Shown in pieces: positions 15,921-29,490 of a stretch of 64,000 nucleotides of DNA. Both the position numbers and the translations under genes were made by a program. The notes under the pieces were generated by a model. That model did not search any database, was not told the DNA's origin, and saw nothing but the letters and a program-made list of their open reading frames with translations. The stretch is taken from NCBI RefSeq assembly GCF_009914755.1, contig NC_060948.1, one strand, 5' to 3'. Positions within the stretch are counted from its first letter, which is position 1. The number at the start of each line of letters is the position of its first letter. Source of the stretch: the human T2T-CHM13v2.0 reference genome, Homo sapiens.

Positions 15921-17836
15921 GTGTTGATTTTTATATGTAAAAACCCCTAAAGATTCCACTTAAAAAAAAAAACCTGTTATAATTAACAAACGAAGTTGCA
16001 GGTCACAAAATCAACACACAAAAATTGGTTTTGTATCTGTACATTAACAATGATCTATCAAAAAAGGAATTTAAGAAAACAACCTCATTTCCAATAGCAT
16101 CAAGAATAAAATGCTAAGAAATATACTTAACGAAGGAGGTGAAAGATTTATATACTGAAAATATAATTCATTGCTGAAGAAAATAAAAGAAGATGGAAAT
16201 GAATAGGACAATATCTTGTGTTCATGGATTGAAAGACAACATTGTTAATATGTCCATATTACATGAAGATATTACAGATTAAATAAAATCCCTACAAAAA
16301 TGCTGAGGCTTTTTTGTGGAAATATTAAAAATGCCTACAGTTCACACGGAATCAGAAAGGATGCCAAATAACCAAAAGATTCTTGAAAAATAATAAATTT
16401 GAAGTCCTCACACTTCCTTATTTCCAAGCTTCTTACAAAGCTACAGTAATCAAAACAGTGTGGTATAGGCATAAAGACAGGCATGTTTACCAGTGAGACA
16501 GAATACTAGAAATGCACAAGAAACAAATCCTCATGTACATATTCAAATGATCTTTCACAAGGATGCCAGCACTACTCAATGGAAAAGTATAGCCTCTTCA
16601 AAAAATGGTGTTGGTAAAACTAGCCACATGCGAAAGCATAAAGTTGAGATTTTACTTTATACTATATATAAAAATTAATTCAAAATAGATTCAAAGCCTA
16701 AACAATATCTAAAATTATAAAAGTCCTAGAGGAAAACATAAAGCAAAAGCTTCATAACATTGGTCTTGACAATGATTTCTTGGAAATGATACCAAAGCAC
16801 AGTCAACAAAACCACAAATTGGCAGGTGATACTACATCAAACTTAAAAAACATCTGCACATCAAAGGAAAAAATTAACAGAATGAAAAGACAACCTAAAG
16901 GATGGGAAAAATATTTGCAAATCATGTATCTGATAGAGCGTTAATATATAGAATACATAAAGAATTCCTACAACCCAATAACAACAACAAAATAAAACAA
17001 AATAACTGGTTAATAAATGGGCAGAATATCTGAATAGACAATTCTCCAAAACAAACCCATATAAATATGGCCAAAAAGCATATGAAAAACTGCTTAACAT
17101 CACTAATCATTAGGGAAATGCAAATCAAAACTACAATGAGATATCACCTCCTACCCATTAGGATGGCTGGTTTAAAAAACAAAAAAACAACAGGTGTTGT
17201 TGAGGATATGGAGAAATCGGAACCCTTATGCACTGTTGGTGAAAATGGAAAAGGGTGCAGTCCTTGCAGAAAACAAAAAATTAAAAATACAATTACCATA
17301 TGATCCAGCAATCCCATTTCTATGTAATAAGTAAAAGAATTGAAGCCAGGATATAGAAGAGACATATGCACACTTATATTTATTGCAGTATTATTTACAA
17401 TAGCTAAGAAGTGGAAGAACCATTGATGGATGGATGCATAATGTGGGGGGTATATACAAGGCAAGGTTATTCAGTCTCAAAAAAAATGAAATCCTGTCAC
17501 ATGCTACAATAGAAATGGGCCTTGAGCACTCGATGCTAAGAGAAATAAACCAGTCGTGAAAACACAAATACCATACGATTCCACTTACATGAGGTATCTA
17601 AAGTGGTTGACTTCATAGAAACAGAAAGTAGAATGACGGTTGCCAGGGACTGTTGGGAGGAAAAATGGGGATTTTTGTTTAATGAGTATAGTTTCAGTTT
17701 TGCAAGATGAAAAAGTTCTGGAGATCTGTTGCTCAACAATATGCATATAGTTAACATTACTGAACTGTGCACTTAAAAGGAAGATATTAAATTTCATTGT
17801 GTGTGTGTGTGTTATTACCACAATTAAGAATTAAAA
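15921..17836 (+). mobile_element. Older L1 (L1MB-like) ORF2 3' half and 3'UTR
   Basis: Degraded ORF2 ([14 protein letters not shown]) and L1MB-type end TTTCAGTTTTGCAAGATGAAAAAGTTCTGGAGAT. Confidence 0.85.
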
Positions 17837-18919
17837 AGTGCAAGGGTCTAGGCTGGAGGCTTGCTTGTGATGCTTAGCATATTGAGTCTAGGTTCCTGGG
17901 TCCAGTAATCAGGTTTGTAAAGAAGAAAACAACTGATAAAAACACCTTTTACTAAAAGGTTCTCAAGCCATAAACTCATCTAAACAGCTGGATGAATTTC
18001 AACAAAAGATCAAGGTTAAGGTGATACTGACACACTCTCTAGAACCCATAAAGGCTTGGAAATTAGTTACTAACATCAGTATTAAATAATCAAGTCCACT
18101 CTTTTCTGCAAGCTCAAAACTTTAAAATAAAGACATTTGTCACTTTATTAGTCACAATGAATCTAATAAAGACATTTAGACACATTGGCCTTTGTCTAAA
18201 GGCCAATTAAGGGCATCCTGTGCAAAATCATTAAAAAATATGACGTTTAAGAGAGATCTGACTTTGCATATACATGCCACCACTTCTTTCATCGTTCATA
18301 GCAAACAATACAAAATGCTACATAATGAGACTGAGGCTGTGACACTTCATATTTTCAGAGGCAATGGTGAGTCACACCCGCAAGGATCTCACATATGTCT
18401 TTGGAAAATACTTTCATTATTTAATTCCTGCCAGAGCTAAATAACTCTTCTGGGTATCTAATTGAAGTGTGTAGGGCCATGTGAGAGTCAATTCTTTCTG
18501 GAGAAATGGCTTGCTAGTTTCTATCTTACAATGTGTGATTCTGGGGATTATAGCACTCACCTGTTTTTTGAAATATTTTAACAATGTAAATGGTTGCAAT
18601 TTTATTAAAAGTATTAACAAATCTCACTGCAAAAAGTTTTACTTTTGACTGTATCTTTATCACTGAACACACACACGCAAAGACACACACACAAATATTG
18701 TTTTTGAAGAAATAAGTTTTTTGTACCTACTATGTATTACTTGAAAGTAAAAACATAAATTGTTATTCCAGCTGTAGGGGGATTTTATTATTTGCCTTAG
18801 TTTGGCTTCCCTATATGTACACATGGAAACCGGGCTTCAAATGCAAGTGGCTTATTAGAGACGTAAAGCTAGGTGAATGAGAAAATGAGACAGGAAGTAC
18901 AAGGCAAGTAATAAAACAG

Positions 18920-19523
18920 TACAGTGTATAGAAATATATTGACAGCTAAATCCATAAATAATTTTAAAATTTCTAATAGCCATATTTTTAAAATGTAGGA
19001 AAAAATCAGGGGCAATATTTTTTAATAGTATATTTTTCTTACCCAGTATATCCAAAACATTATCATAACACGCAATCAATATACTATTATTGAAAAGGTT
19101 ATTTTCTATATATATATTTGAGACAATGTCTTGCTCCTGTAGCCGAGGCTGGAGTGCAATGGGCGTGATCTCGGCTCACTGCAACCTCCGCCTCGCTGGT
19201 TCAAGCGATTCTCCTGCCTTAGCCTACCGAGCAGCGAGGATTACAGGTACCTGCCACCAGGCCTGGCTCATTTTTTGTATTTTTAGTAGAGACGGGGTTT
19301 CGCCATGTTCTCAAACTCCTGACTTCAGGTGATCCCCCACGCCTTGGCCTCCCAAAGTACTGGGATTACAGACGTGGGCCACCGCACCCAGCCTGTACTT
19401 TCTTATTGAAATTCTTCAAACTGTGGCGTGCATTGTGTACTTAAAGCACATTTTAGTTCAGACAGTCCACATTTCAGATGCTCATTTGGGTTGCGGTTAG
19501 TGGCTGCCATATTGAGCTGTGCA
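18920..19523 (-). mobile_element. MER33/MER3-like hAT element interrupted by an Alu
   Basis: Ends TAGTGGCTGCCATATTGAGCTGTGCAG; internal ACCCAGTATATCCAAAACATTATCAT. Confidence 0.72.
19117..19393 (-). mobile_element. AluS with eroded tail and small internal deletion
   Basis: GGCTGGAGTGCAATGG...GGGATTACAGACGTGGGCCACCGCACCCAGCC. Confidence 0.92.
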
Positions 19524-22081
19524 GTAAAAATGAGATGTTATGAGGCAGCTTTCTTTGTGTTTGGCGCTTAATCCTGCTGTGAAAATGCTGGTAACTAAAG
19601 TCAGAAATATCCTATGAGAGAGCAAGTGCGTTGTGATATGTATTCAGCAAGTCCTGTCGTTTGAGAATGGAGAGCTCCCCCCAGGGATGTTAACTCCCTC
19701 ATCACTTCTCACCTGCCAATGGGACAGAAGAAAGTGGAGTTCAGTGGCCCGAGGAATCCCACTGAGAAGTGACTAGGGTGCCCTCCAATAGCAAGGGTGA
19801 GAGGGTATTGGTGGGCAGTGGTCAGTCAGCATGTGCTGCATTATTCGACACTATTTATATGAAAGTCAAAACAAGATCTCACTCCCAGATGAGTCTTCTC
19901 TTAGACAATTAAAGCAAGATACTTGGAAGTCTATCTTTAAGCATTTTCTTCAGGATCAAAGATTCCACACTTGCTTTCAGAAACACTTTAATTACTTAAA
20001 CTACTGTTAGAGTCAAATAGCTCCTCTGGGTATCTAATTGAAGTCAGTAGGACAATTTTGAAGCCTTAACCTTATTCTTTCCGGAGAGCTGGCTTGCTAT
20101 TTTCTACCTTAAAATTCATGATTCTGAGGACTATGCCACTGTTTTTAAAGGCTACCAACAAGGCAAACATATTGCAGTTTTGATGAAAGCTCAAAAAAAT
20201 AGCCTGATGGAAAGCTTTTACATTTTTTTCATAATAGATTAATAAGTCCAGCTCACAGATTACTCTGGTATATTTTAGTCTTCTGTTGGATATGTTCAAG
20301 TGTCACAATTCTTTTAAACATACATAGGATAACAAAATGAATTGTTAAACATAAGACTGAGGCTGTGATGCTTCACATGTTTTAAAGCAACTATTGAGTC
20401 CCACCCAAAAATCATGGTTAATCTATCTTTGAGGCACCTCAATTTCATTTCTTAACATGCAGGTCATTGTTTGTGGAATTTCCTTTTTGATCTCCAGCTG
20501 AGAGACCAAAACCATCAAAAAAACATGACATGCAGAGTGAGGACATCAAACACTGCATCCTGCTATATTTGCTTGGTTGAGAAAAATACTCAATGTCATA
20601 GTTTCCAGACATGCACATTAAAATAGCCAAAACCTAGCATGCATGGATATCATGAGTACATTAAAAAATGGTATTTGAAGGTACATACACCCCATCTAAA
20701 AAACCTTCAGGGCCAAACTTCAAGGCACAGAAGCAGTGAAGGATTGGAAGGCGACGAAGTGGTGTGCACTGCTCATGTTTCACCCGAACCACCAGAGATG
20801 GAGCTGGAGGTTGAAGGTACAGGATGTCTCAGAGTCGACAATATGGCACATTCTGCTTTCTGTGCTTTGAAGCAGGATGAGAGAGGACTTCATCTACTTA
20901 CTCACTCTTGTCTCCTGTCCCCTCTTAGCCTGAGTTGCCCCACAGAGTTTATGTTCCTGGAATCTATGTGATTTCACCTGGACCCCTTTAGTGCTTACTG
21001 GGGCCTGAAGCTTCAACCAAGTTTGGAAGTGATGGGAGATACTGAAGACCTGGACATGTGGCTTGTCAGCCTAAGGTGGTGGAGGTGTGCATGTTTACCA
21101 AACATCTGGGACATTAGAAAGGTACGAAGGTCTATGAGAGTCCATACAATGGCCTATGCCGCAAGTGATTCGATTTTTGTCATGTAATTATGCCTTGCAG
21201 CTTATTTGCTGTAGGTTAGAAATTAAGGGTGTTTTGGCATGGCTTCCAAGTGTCCTGTGGTCTAGCTCTGTTTTAGGTTTTCTCTGCATTAATACATGGG
21301 CATTTGACTTGAAAAAGAAGTTAACACTTGAGTTTATGTGCAGAAGATGATGCAAGCCCAGTAAATGAAGTACTGCAAAGCAACAGAGGCTTTTGCTTTT
21401 AGTACTATATAAAGAAAATATACACAAGATTAAAAAAGTCTTTGAGAAAACAGGGTAAAATCATTATCACATACAATCCTACCATAAGATAAATATTTAA
21501 TTTTAACATGTTATATTTTACTCATTCAGATATTGTAGGGAAATAAAATTTATACACCTTCTAAACATCTAAAAATTATTAAACATAATTTTTTAAATGT
21601 TCTAAAAGAGTTCTCAACTTGTTTGAAAATATTACTAATAAAGGTAATTATAGGGTCATAAACTTTTCAGACAAGGCTTTTGTGCTAATGAAAACAGTTT
21701 TCCAGGTTAATTCACTCTTCTGTGGTAAACACTCAGTCTGTCAAAATATATTACCCTTTTCCTTCTTTGACTAAATAGGATGATATCTAAGATTAAAGGG
21801 TGTCTTAAAATTATCTGACATTATGAACATTTTAATAAACAATACTTAATGTCAGTCAGTTGTCTTGATCCCATTTTCTAACCATGATCAATAATTCTTC
21901 AATAAACACCTTCATTTACTAGTTATTTATTAAGGCATTAAATTAATTCCTTTTACTGAATCAACTTTCTTGGGGAAATTATCTAAGATGTTGGTTTTTT
22001 TGTTAAATTATATTTTCCTGGTAAAATTTACAATTTTTATATTATTTTACTTTTGTTTTCGGTTCCTCTGTCCCAACCATT

Positions 22082-22435
22082 TTTAATATTTAATTTAATT
22101 TAATTTAATTTAATTTAATTTAATTTAAGAGTTCCAGGGTACATGTGCAGGACGTGCAGTTTTGTTACACAGGTAAACGTGTGCCATGGTGGTTTGCTGC
22201 ACCTATCAACCCATCAGCTTGGTATGAAGCCTGGCATGCATAAGCTATTTTTCCTGTTGCTCTCTCTGCCTCACCCTTCCCCATGAGTCCCCAGTGTGTG
22301 TTGTTCCCCTCCCTGTGTCCATGCATTCTCATTGTTCAGCTCCCACTTATAAGTAAGAAAATTCAGTGTTTGTTTTTTTATTCCTGTCTTAGTTTGCTAA
22401 GAAGAATGGCTACCAGGTTCATCCATGTCCCTGCA
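22082..22435 (-). mobile_element. 5'-truncated L1PA (L1PA8-13-like) 3' end with (ATTTA)n tail
   Basis: Antisense L1 3'UTR; TSD CAACCATTTT/CTACCATTTT. Confidence 0.88.
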
Positions 22436-23637
22436 CTACCATTTTGAGTTTTAAAAAATAAATTTACTCGACTATCTAGGTTAATGTCATCTGGCATATT
22501 TTTTCTGCTATAAATTGAATTTGATGGAAAAAGTTTGAGTTACCAAGACTCTAAAGGTACCACCCTTCCAGTTATGTATGGATCAATTAGAAGAGCTTTG
22601 CTTTTGAATTTCTCCAGGACAGCCTCCTAAACAATAGGCAGAGATTCATCTTCCATGTATGCATACAAAAAATAAAGCAGGGTTATATCATAGGGCCAAT
22701 TGTATCCATTTGTTTAACTCAGATTTCCTTATGATTAAGATATGTATTTGGGACACTGTTCACAATATACTTGAAGCCCTCCAGGGAAATCTAAACAAGA
22801 AGCTATGACTGCTCTGAAAAATATCTAACATATCTACACTGTCCAGTGGTGCTGCTAATGTATATACCCTTTCAAAGTGCACATTCCAGGCAGCTCAGAG
22901 CAAATTATGGGGCTCTTTGCAGAATAAGCACAGCACCTGGCTATATGCCTGAATAATAGCCCTAACTTTCATTATACTTTACAGTTTACAAGTGCTTTTA
23001 CCATGCATATGGGTGAGCATATGGTTCAGTTTCTCTCTAACAATCCAGCTTTCAAATATATTGCTTACCATCAGATTTGGCAACAGAGTGCGTGAACCTA
23101 TTTTGGGGTGAGAGAATGTATCCCGTCATTGCATCCTGACAGCCTGACAGACACTAGGTGGACGTATCTGAAATGAGGGGTTTCTTCACTGAATCCTAAG
23201 AGGAACCCTGTGAGTAAGCATCTTTGATGAGGATTCTAAGTTCCATGGAAGTAAAATAATTAGTGCAAGTTAAGCTTGCTTGTAAATGGCCATGCTGGGA
23301 GATTAACTTGGATCTCTGCCCCCCAATTTGGGCATTTTTACATTATTAATCTATACTAGTGACTATGTTATACAGCTAAAATAATTATTAGCCCAATTAG
23401 AAATGTTGTAATTAAATTTTATCATCAAACCAGAACATCTCTGATGACAGGCTAAGTGGAAAAGTGGATTCTGAAAACAGAATGTTCTTTGAAGTCATGA
23501 TAGTGAGGGATACTATCTGGTATTAAGTTATCAATCAGGATCAATCTTAATTCCCAATAGCCTATTAGGATTCAGTCTAGACGTGCTGTCACTTTTGCTT
23601 CTAGACCTCAGGATAATCCAACACTTTTTAAAAAATG

Positions 23638-24067
<430 letters not shown>

Positions 24068-25742
24068 TAGGATTGAAAGTGTTAAGGTGAAGTGTAGTAA
24101 CCACATGAGCAAGACAGTGCTTTGAGACTATTTTCCAGTATAAAGACAGAGTAATTTTCCAGTATGCAATATTATGATAAGCTGTGATACAACAGGAATC
24201 CCCTTAGTAGTATAATATACCATAATCAGATATCAAGCTAAGCTGATGCAAAGTCTAGAAGTCATGTTCTAAAAGGGGCTAAACATCTTTCAAAATGCTT
24301 GTAATCCTGAGCCATGAGGCTATACTCTTGCATTTTCTGCCAAGAAAGAAAATAATCTCTTGCCTGTTGTTCCTGAGATTTGCAAGTACTCCCTTGCACA
24401 GGGATAGCCCAGATGGGTTGGCATGTCCAACATTTAATCTGCGATGTATTTCCAACTAAGTCTAGTAGTCTTATTTGACAGTCAGTGGCACTGCCCATAC
24501 TGCTTTAAAAGGCAAATCATCACAAACTTGGCTTACATCATAATTCACTTAAAGGACCAACCAAATCAAATATTAGACATATGGAATAACACTTCCAGGT
24601 CTCTCCCTTAATTTCATTCTGAACACAAACTGACATTCCATTTTGTACAAATTGCAGTTATTTATGGAAACGGTTGAGTGTAGATTAAGTAATTGCACTA
24701 AAAAATCAATATACTTGTGTTGGAATAGTGTGTATCTATCTAGTGAGATGATAAGGAGAGCTAGGTCTCCATCTCTGAAGACAGGAATGTTAAGAAAATG
24801 GTTTTTAAAGGACTTTCCTAGATCTTTGGTCTGTGATTAAAATAGAGGAAGAAAGAGGAGGTCATAGGAAGCAGGAACTGTGGAGTCTGCCAGGACTGGT
24901 GTGGAATTTCTTTCTTAATTTTGCTCTGGGCTAGGGAGAGCTAATGAGTGGGATGGCTGATTTGTGAGTACTTTGCACCTTCCAAATTATTTGTCATGAC
25001 AAATCTATGTTGTTCCAGTGGTTGAAACACCCACCAGAGAGTGTGGAAGTTTTAATTGTCCCATATCCTTGAGCATACATATCTCATTGGTATTATAAGG
25101 ATAGTCGGACACCCAGGGCTGTAACTGACAGATGGAAAGAGAAAAATGTACAGTACATGAAACCACTTCGCAAAATGCCTGGTTGATAGTTGCCATTCCA
25201 CAGTGTCGGTTTCCTTCCTTGTTCTTTAATATGCTTTCATAGCATGCTGCACACTCCTTTGCTAAACTATTCATTTTAATCTATCAATATTTCATTATTT
25301 GCAAATGAAATTATGAGTTTCTGGATACCAAAGTCTTTCATTATTTGTTGGACACCAAGAACTCAGTACATAGCATTTATTGGCTGACCTTTGAAATAAG
25401 GTGTCCTTTGAAGTAAAACAAAACAAAAAAATCTCCAAGTTAATATGAGTACTTTTTAATATCTTGGAAAATTAAACCCCATAAAATTTATCTGGTGATA
25501 ATACTCCTTCATAAGAGAAAAAAACATTAATTTTTAAAAACAACATTATCATGAACTATTACATCTAAGGTACATGAGGTACAATCAGTAACAAAAATAC
25601 TCATGTCCACATCCCAGCTTCAGAAATATAACATTTACGTATCATTCACATAAAAGGATTGCTCTCTTAAATAAACAAATACAGTTGAAGACAGTGGTGT
25701 CCATTTCCAATCTTCTTCTTCCACCCACTATCCTTGTAACTG

Positions 25743-27262
25743 TGAGAGGTGACAGCGTGATGGCAGCCCTCCCAGCCCTCACTTGCTCCAGGTGCCTCCT
25801 CTGCCTTGGCGCCCACCCTGGCTTCCCTTCAGCCCGCCGCTGCACTGTGGGAGCCCCTTTCTGGGCTGGCCAAGGCTGGAGCCGGGTCCCTCAGCTTGCA
25901 GGGAGGTGTGGAGGGAGAGGCGCCAGTGGGAACCGGGGCTGCGCCCGGTGCTTGCAGGCCAGCATGAGTTCCAGGTGGGCGTGGGCTCGGCAGGCCCCGC
26001 ACTCCAAGCGGTCGGCTGGCCCGCAAGCCCCAGGCAGTAAGGGGCTTAGCACCTGGGCCAGCAACTGCTGTGCTCAATTTTTCACCGGGCCTTAGCTGCC
26101 TCCCCACAGGGCTCGGGACCTGCAGCCCACCATGCCTGAGTCTCCCCACCAACCCACACTGTGGGCTCCTGTGCAGCCCAAGCCTCCCCCATGAGCACTA
26201 CTCCCTGCTCCACGGTGCCCAGTCCCATCGACCACCCAAGGGCTGAGGAGTGCGGGCGCACGGGGTGGGACTGGCAGGCAACTCCACCTGCGGCCCCAGT
26301 GTGGGATCCACTGGGTGAAGCCAGCGGGGCTCCTGAGTCTGGTGGGGACTTGGAGAACCTTTATGTCTAGCTAAGGGATTGTAACTACACCAATCAGCAC
26401 TCTGTATCTAGCTCAAGGTTTGTAAACATATCAATCAGCACCCTGTGTCTAGCTCAGGGTTTGTGAATGCACCAATCGGCACTCTGTATCTAGTTAGTCT
26501 GGTGGGGACTTGAAGAATCTTTATGTCTAGCTAAAGGATAGAAAATGCATCAATCCACACTCTGTATCTAGCTCAAGTTTTGTAAATGCACCAATCAGCA
26601 CTCTGTGTCTAGCTCAGGGTTTGTAAATACACCAATTGACACTATGTATCTAGCTAATCTAGTGGAGACATGGGAAATTGTTGTCTAGCTCAGAGACTGT
26701 AAATACACAATCAGCACCCTGTCAAAATGGACCAGTCAGCTCTCTGTAAAACAGACCAATCAACTCCCTGTAAAATGGACCAATCAGCATGATGTGGGTG
26801 GGGCCAGATAAGACAATAAAAGTAGGCTGCCAGAGCCGGCAGTGGCAACCCGCTCGGATCCCTTTCCACACTGCAGAAGCTTTGTTCCTTCGCTCTATGC
26901 AATCAATCTTGCTTCTGCTCACTCTTTGGGTCCACACTGCCTTTATGAGCTGTAACACTCACTGTGAAGGTCTGCAGCTTCACTTCTGAAGCCAGAAAGA
27001 CCACAAACCCACCGGGAGGAATGAACAACTCCATAGGTGCCACCTTAAGAGCTGTTAACACTTACCACAAAGGTCTGCTCTGCAGCTTCACTCCTGAGCC
27101 AGTGAGAACACGAACCCACCAGAAGAAACTCTGAATGCATCCAAACATCAGAAGGAAAAAACTCTAGACACGCCACCTTTAAGAACTGTAACACTCACTG
27201 CGAGGGTCCATGGCTTCATTCTTGAAGTCAGTGAGACCAAGAACCCACTAATTCCAGACACA
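25743..27262 (+). promoter_or_regulatory. 5' LTR12: GC-rich U3, tandem ~41-bp CCAAT (NF-Y)/GATA enhancer repeats (~26340-26790), AATAAA promoter box (~26815), U5 repeats
   Basis: Repeated CACCAATCAGCACTCTGTATCTAGCT units; GGGCCAGATAAGACAATAAAAG. Confidence 0.9.
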
Positions 27263-27265
27263 TTT

Positions 27266-27283
27266 TGGTGACCATAAAGGGAC
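27266..27283 (+). other. Primer binding site, tRNA-Arg type
   Basis: TGGTGACCATAAAGGGAC directly after 5' LTR; ERV9-type PBS is TGGCGACCACGAAGGGAC. Confidence 0.8.
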
Positions 27284-28594
27284 AATCACTTATTGCTAAG
27301 TGGTGAGACTATTGCTGAGTGGTGAGACCATCGCCTATCGCTGAGTGTAAGACAATCACTTATCACCAAGCAGTGAGTACCATTGGACCCCTTTCGCTTA
27401 CTATTCTGTCCTATGTTTCCTTAGAATTTGGAGACTAAATACAAGGCACCTGTCGGCCAGTTAAAAGTGACTAGCATGGCCACCGGACTAAAGACATGGG
27501 TTTCAGACATTCTGGGAAAGGGCTCTCTTAACAACCCCTGACTCTTCGGAGTTGGGAGCATTGGTTTGCCTGGGAGCAGCTTCTGCTTTTCCTGTACTTC
27601 TGGGCTGAGCCAAGGGTCGACAGAGAGGAAAGCCATGCAGCTCCAGGGTCCCGACAACAAGTTGGTTGACTCTGTGGCCATGAGCGGAACTCTCAAAGGC
27701 ATGTCACCCAAGCAAGACTCACCCATCTATCCTATCTCTCCTGACCCTTGCCCCCTGGGTCCTAATGCCTGCCAGACAAACTTCCTTTCACCTCTCTTCA
27801 AGGTTAATCCCACTTCTAAAAGTTGCTACCTGTCTATGTTGCTTTTCTAGTTTCTCCTATAAGAATGATTTCTAGTATAAACTCCAGCAATCTGTTACCT
27901 TCTTTAGGCACCTGGGCTCGCCAATCACAAAAACATAATTTTTGCCCAAAGTTCCATCATACTGGGGACTACCTGGAATTTTTGGATCCCTCCTCAGACT
28001 GACAGGCCTAAAGACAGCTATTCCTGAAGCTAGGATATGGGGATCCTCAGAAATTGTATCGTTCCTATTCATGTAAGTGAGGACAAAAGGTATCACTCTT
28101 CCAACTCTGGAGATCCCTTCCCTCCCTCAGGGTATGGCCCTCCACTTCATTTTTGGGGCATAATATCTTTGTAGGACAGGGGTAAAGTCCCAATACTAAC
28201 AGGTGAATGCTTAGGACTCTAACAGGTTTTCGAAAATGCATTGGTAAGGGTCACTAAATCTGATTTTTCTCAGTCGCTACTACTTGTGGTCTAGGAAGAC
28301 AGGCAATGGTGCAGGTTTTCAAGGATGCATTGGTAAGGGTCACTAAATCTGACCTTCCTTGGTCTTCCATGTGGTCTGGGAGGAAAACTAGTGTTTCTGC
28401 TACTGCATTGGTGAGCACAACTATTCTGACCATCAGGGTCCAGGGACCATTGGAGCTTCTTGGGCAGGGGTCGTTTCTGCTGCTACATTGTTGAGCACAA
28501 CTATTCAGATCAGCAGGGTCCAGGGACCATTGTGGGTTCTTGGGCAGGGGGAGAAACAAAACAAACCAAAACAGTTGGCAGTTTTGTCTTTCAG

Positions 28595-29490
28595 ATGGGA
28601 AACATTAAGGCATCAACAGGCTCACCCTTGAAATGCATCCTAAGCCATTTGGATCAATTTGACCGACAAACCCTGAAAAAGAGGTGGCTTATTTTTTTCT
28701 GCGCTATGGCTTGGCCCCAATATTCTCTCTCTGATGTGGAAAAATGGCCACCTGAGGGAAGTACAAATTACAATACTGTCCTGAAGCTTGACCTTTTCTG
28801 TAAGAGGAAAGGCAAATGGAGTGAAATACCTTATGTCCGAGCTTTCTTTTCATTGAGGGAGAATACACAACTATGCAAATATTACAACTTACATCCCACA
28901 GGAGGACCTCTCAGCTTACCCCCATATTCTAGCCTCCCTATAGCTCCCCTTCCTATTAATGATACTCCTCCTCTAATCTCCCCTGCCCAGAAGGAAATAA
29001 GCAAAGAAATCTCCAAAGGACCACAAAAACCCCCAGGCTATTGGTTATGTCCCCTTCAAGCTGTAGCAGGAGGGGAATTTGGCCCAACCCGGATACATGT
29101 CCCCTTCTCCTGCTCTGATTTAAAGCAGATCAAGGCAGACCTGGGGAAGTTTTCAGATGATCTTGATAGGTACATAGGCGTCCTACAGGGTCTAGGGAAA
29201 ACCTTTGGCCTCGCTTGAAGAGATGTCATGCTACTGTTAGATCAAACCCTGGCCTTTAATGAAAACAATGCAGCTTTAGCTGCAGCCCGAGAGTTCGGAG
29301 ATACCTGGTATCTTAGTCAAGCAAATGATAGAATGACAGCCAAAGAAAGGGACAAATTCCCTACCGGTCAGCAAGCCATCCCCAGCATGGATCCCCACTG
29401 GGGCCTAGACTCAGATCATGGGGACTGGAGTCATAAACATCTGTGGACCTGTGTTCTAGAAGGACTAAGGAGAATTAGAAAAAAGCCCAT
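28595..29490 (+). pseudogene. gag: HERV9 gag remnant (MA to CA), one internal stop at 29216
   Basis: MGNIKASTGSPLKCIL...WPPEGS...PPY...VPFSCSDLKQIKADLGKFSDD...LEGLRRIRKKP. Confidence 0.92.

Noticed and set aside
20639-20971. 110-aa ORF in apparently unique sequence
   Set aside because: No recognisable domain and no convincing exon structure
25642-26370. Overlapping ORFs in GC-rich sequence, also at 30953-31641
   Set aside because: Chance frames in LTR12 U3
26340-26790. Regularly spaced ~41-bp repeats, also at 31540-32000, superficially array-like
   Set aside because: Known LTR12/ERV9 U3 enhancer repeats; no unique spacers and no cas genes
28230-28545. Duplicated blocks in the HERV9 leader
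   Set aside because: Believed to be a standard feature of the HERV9 leader
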